A stretch of DNA of 64,000 nt, taken from an uncultured virus (IMG/VR IMGVR_UViG_3300035210_000116) (Duplodnaviria > Heunggongvirae > Uroviricota > Caudoviricetes). The position numbers and the translations under genes are program-made. Under the pieces are notes generated by a model. That model made no database searches. It worked only from the letters and a program-made list of their open reading frames with translations, and had not been told where the DNA came from. The stretch lies in IMG/VR virus record IMGVR_UViG_3300035210_000116; one strand, 5' to 3'. Each line of letters opens with the position of its first letter. The stretch's first letter is position 1. Shown one piece after another: positions 63,462-64,000 of this stretch.

Positions 63462-64000
63462 ATGGCAGAACCGAATTTTAATATTGGGCTCAACACCACT
63501 CAGATTAACTACTTCCAGAAGAAAGTGCATAAGGCTATGCGTACCCGGTCCCTTTCGGACCAACTCGCTTCTGAATCTGGCGATAATGTTGTACAGCGTG
63601 TTACTGAACTCAAGGGAACTACCTGGGGTTATAAGGCAATTATGACCCTGGTCCCAGATGACACCTCTTACGGCACGGTTGGCGACAGCCAGTTGGAAGA
63701 TCGTGAAGCGGGCATCACGGCGTGGGATACTGAGATCACCTTTGATCAGTTCCGTAAGGCGTTCAAGAACGAGGGTGTGATCGCGGATCGTACTTCCTGG
63801 GTCCAGTTCGGACAACAGGCTGCTGACCAGTTGGCATACTGGGCTGTCGACATCAAGGATCGTCTCCTGATGAACACCCTGGCCGGTGTGAACTACACCA
63901 CTGAAGTTGATGGTAAGCCACGTGGTGCTACGTGCGAATGGGGAACAAACCGTTTCGCTGGAGACGTTACTGCTCCGACTTCACAGCGCCATTTCCAGAT
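63462..64000 (+). CDS. Major capsid protein, DUF4043/N4-gp56-like (runs off the window end)
   Basis: GGAGA RBS; manual translation MAEPNFNIG...VQRVTELK...GD..LEDRE...ITFDQFR.A...LAYW...D; not in the ORF track because it has no stop in the window. Confidence 0.85.
   Translation, partial: MAEPNFNIGLNTTQINYFQKKVHKAMRTRSLSDQLASESGDNVVQRVTELKGTTWGYKAIMTLVPDDTSYGTVGDSQLEDREAGITAWDTEITFDQFRKAFKNEGVIADRTSWVQFGQQAADQLAYWAVDIKDRLLMNTLAGVNYTTEVDGKPRGATCEWGTNRFAGDVTAPTSQRHFQ

Noticed and set aside
63435..63815. Minus-strand 126-aa ORF
   Set aside because: Antisense to the major capsid gene.

Overview
A 64-kb segment of a lytic tailed dsDNA phage with a probable Proteobacterial host (sigma70-type promoters, IHF consensus sites, a phage IHF/HU-like gene). 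From 1 to about 45,250 nearly everything is on the minus strand: family A DNA polymerase, MazG-like pyrophosphatase, RNA ligase, Cas4-like exonuclease, primase-helicase, a vWA/TerB/HNH/Ro60(TROVE) block, 13 tRNA genes, a 629-aa protein with a two-barrel RNA polymerase DFDGD motif, and about 20 kb of small early-type genes punctuated by repeated hairpin motifs. From about 45,700 the plus strand carries a probable TerS, an intein-containing TerL, IHF/HU, NADAR, an intein-containing class II ribonucleotide reductase, portal, scaffold and the start of a DUF4043/N4-gp56-type major capsid gene. The most striking feature is the Ro60 locus. Upstream of the Ro60 gene, interleaved with tRNAs, are about 11 Y RNA-like genes in three architectures: six linear, three full tRNA bodies whose anticodon loop is replaced by a circularly permuted Ro-binding helix, and two mini permuted CCA-ended forms. 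Downstream is a five-unit array of hairpin/pseudoknot repeats. All calls come from reading motifs by eye; no database searches or folding programs were run.
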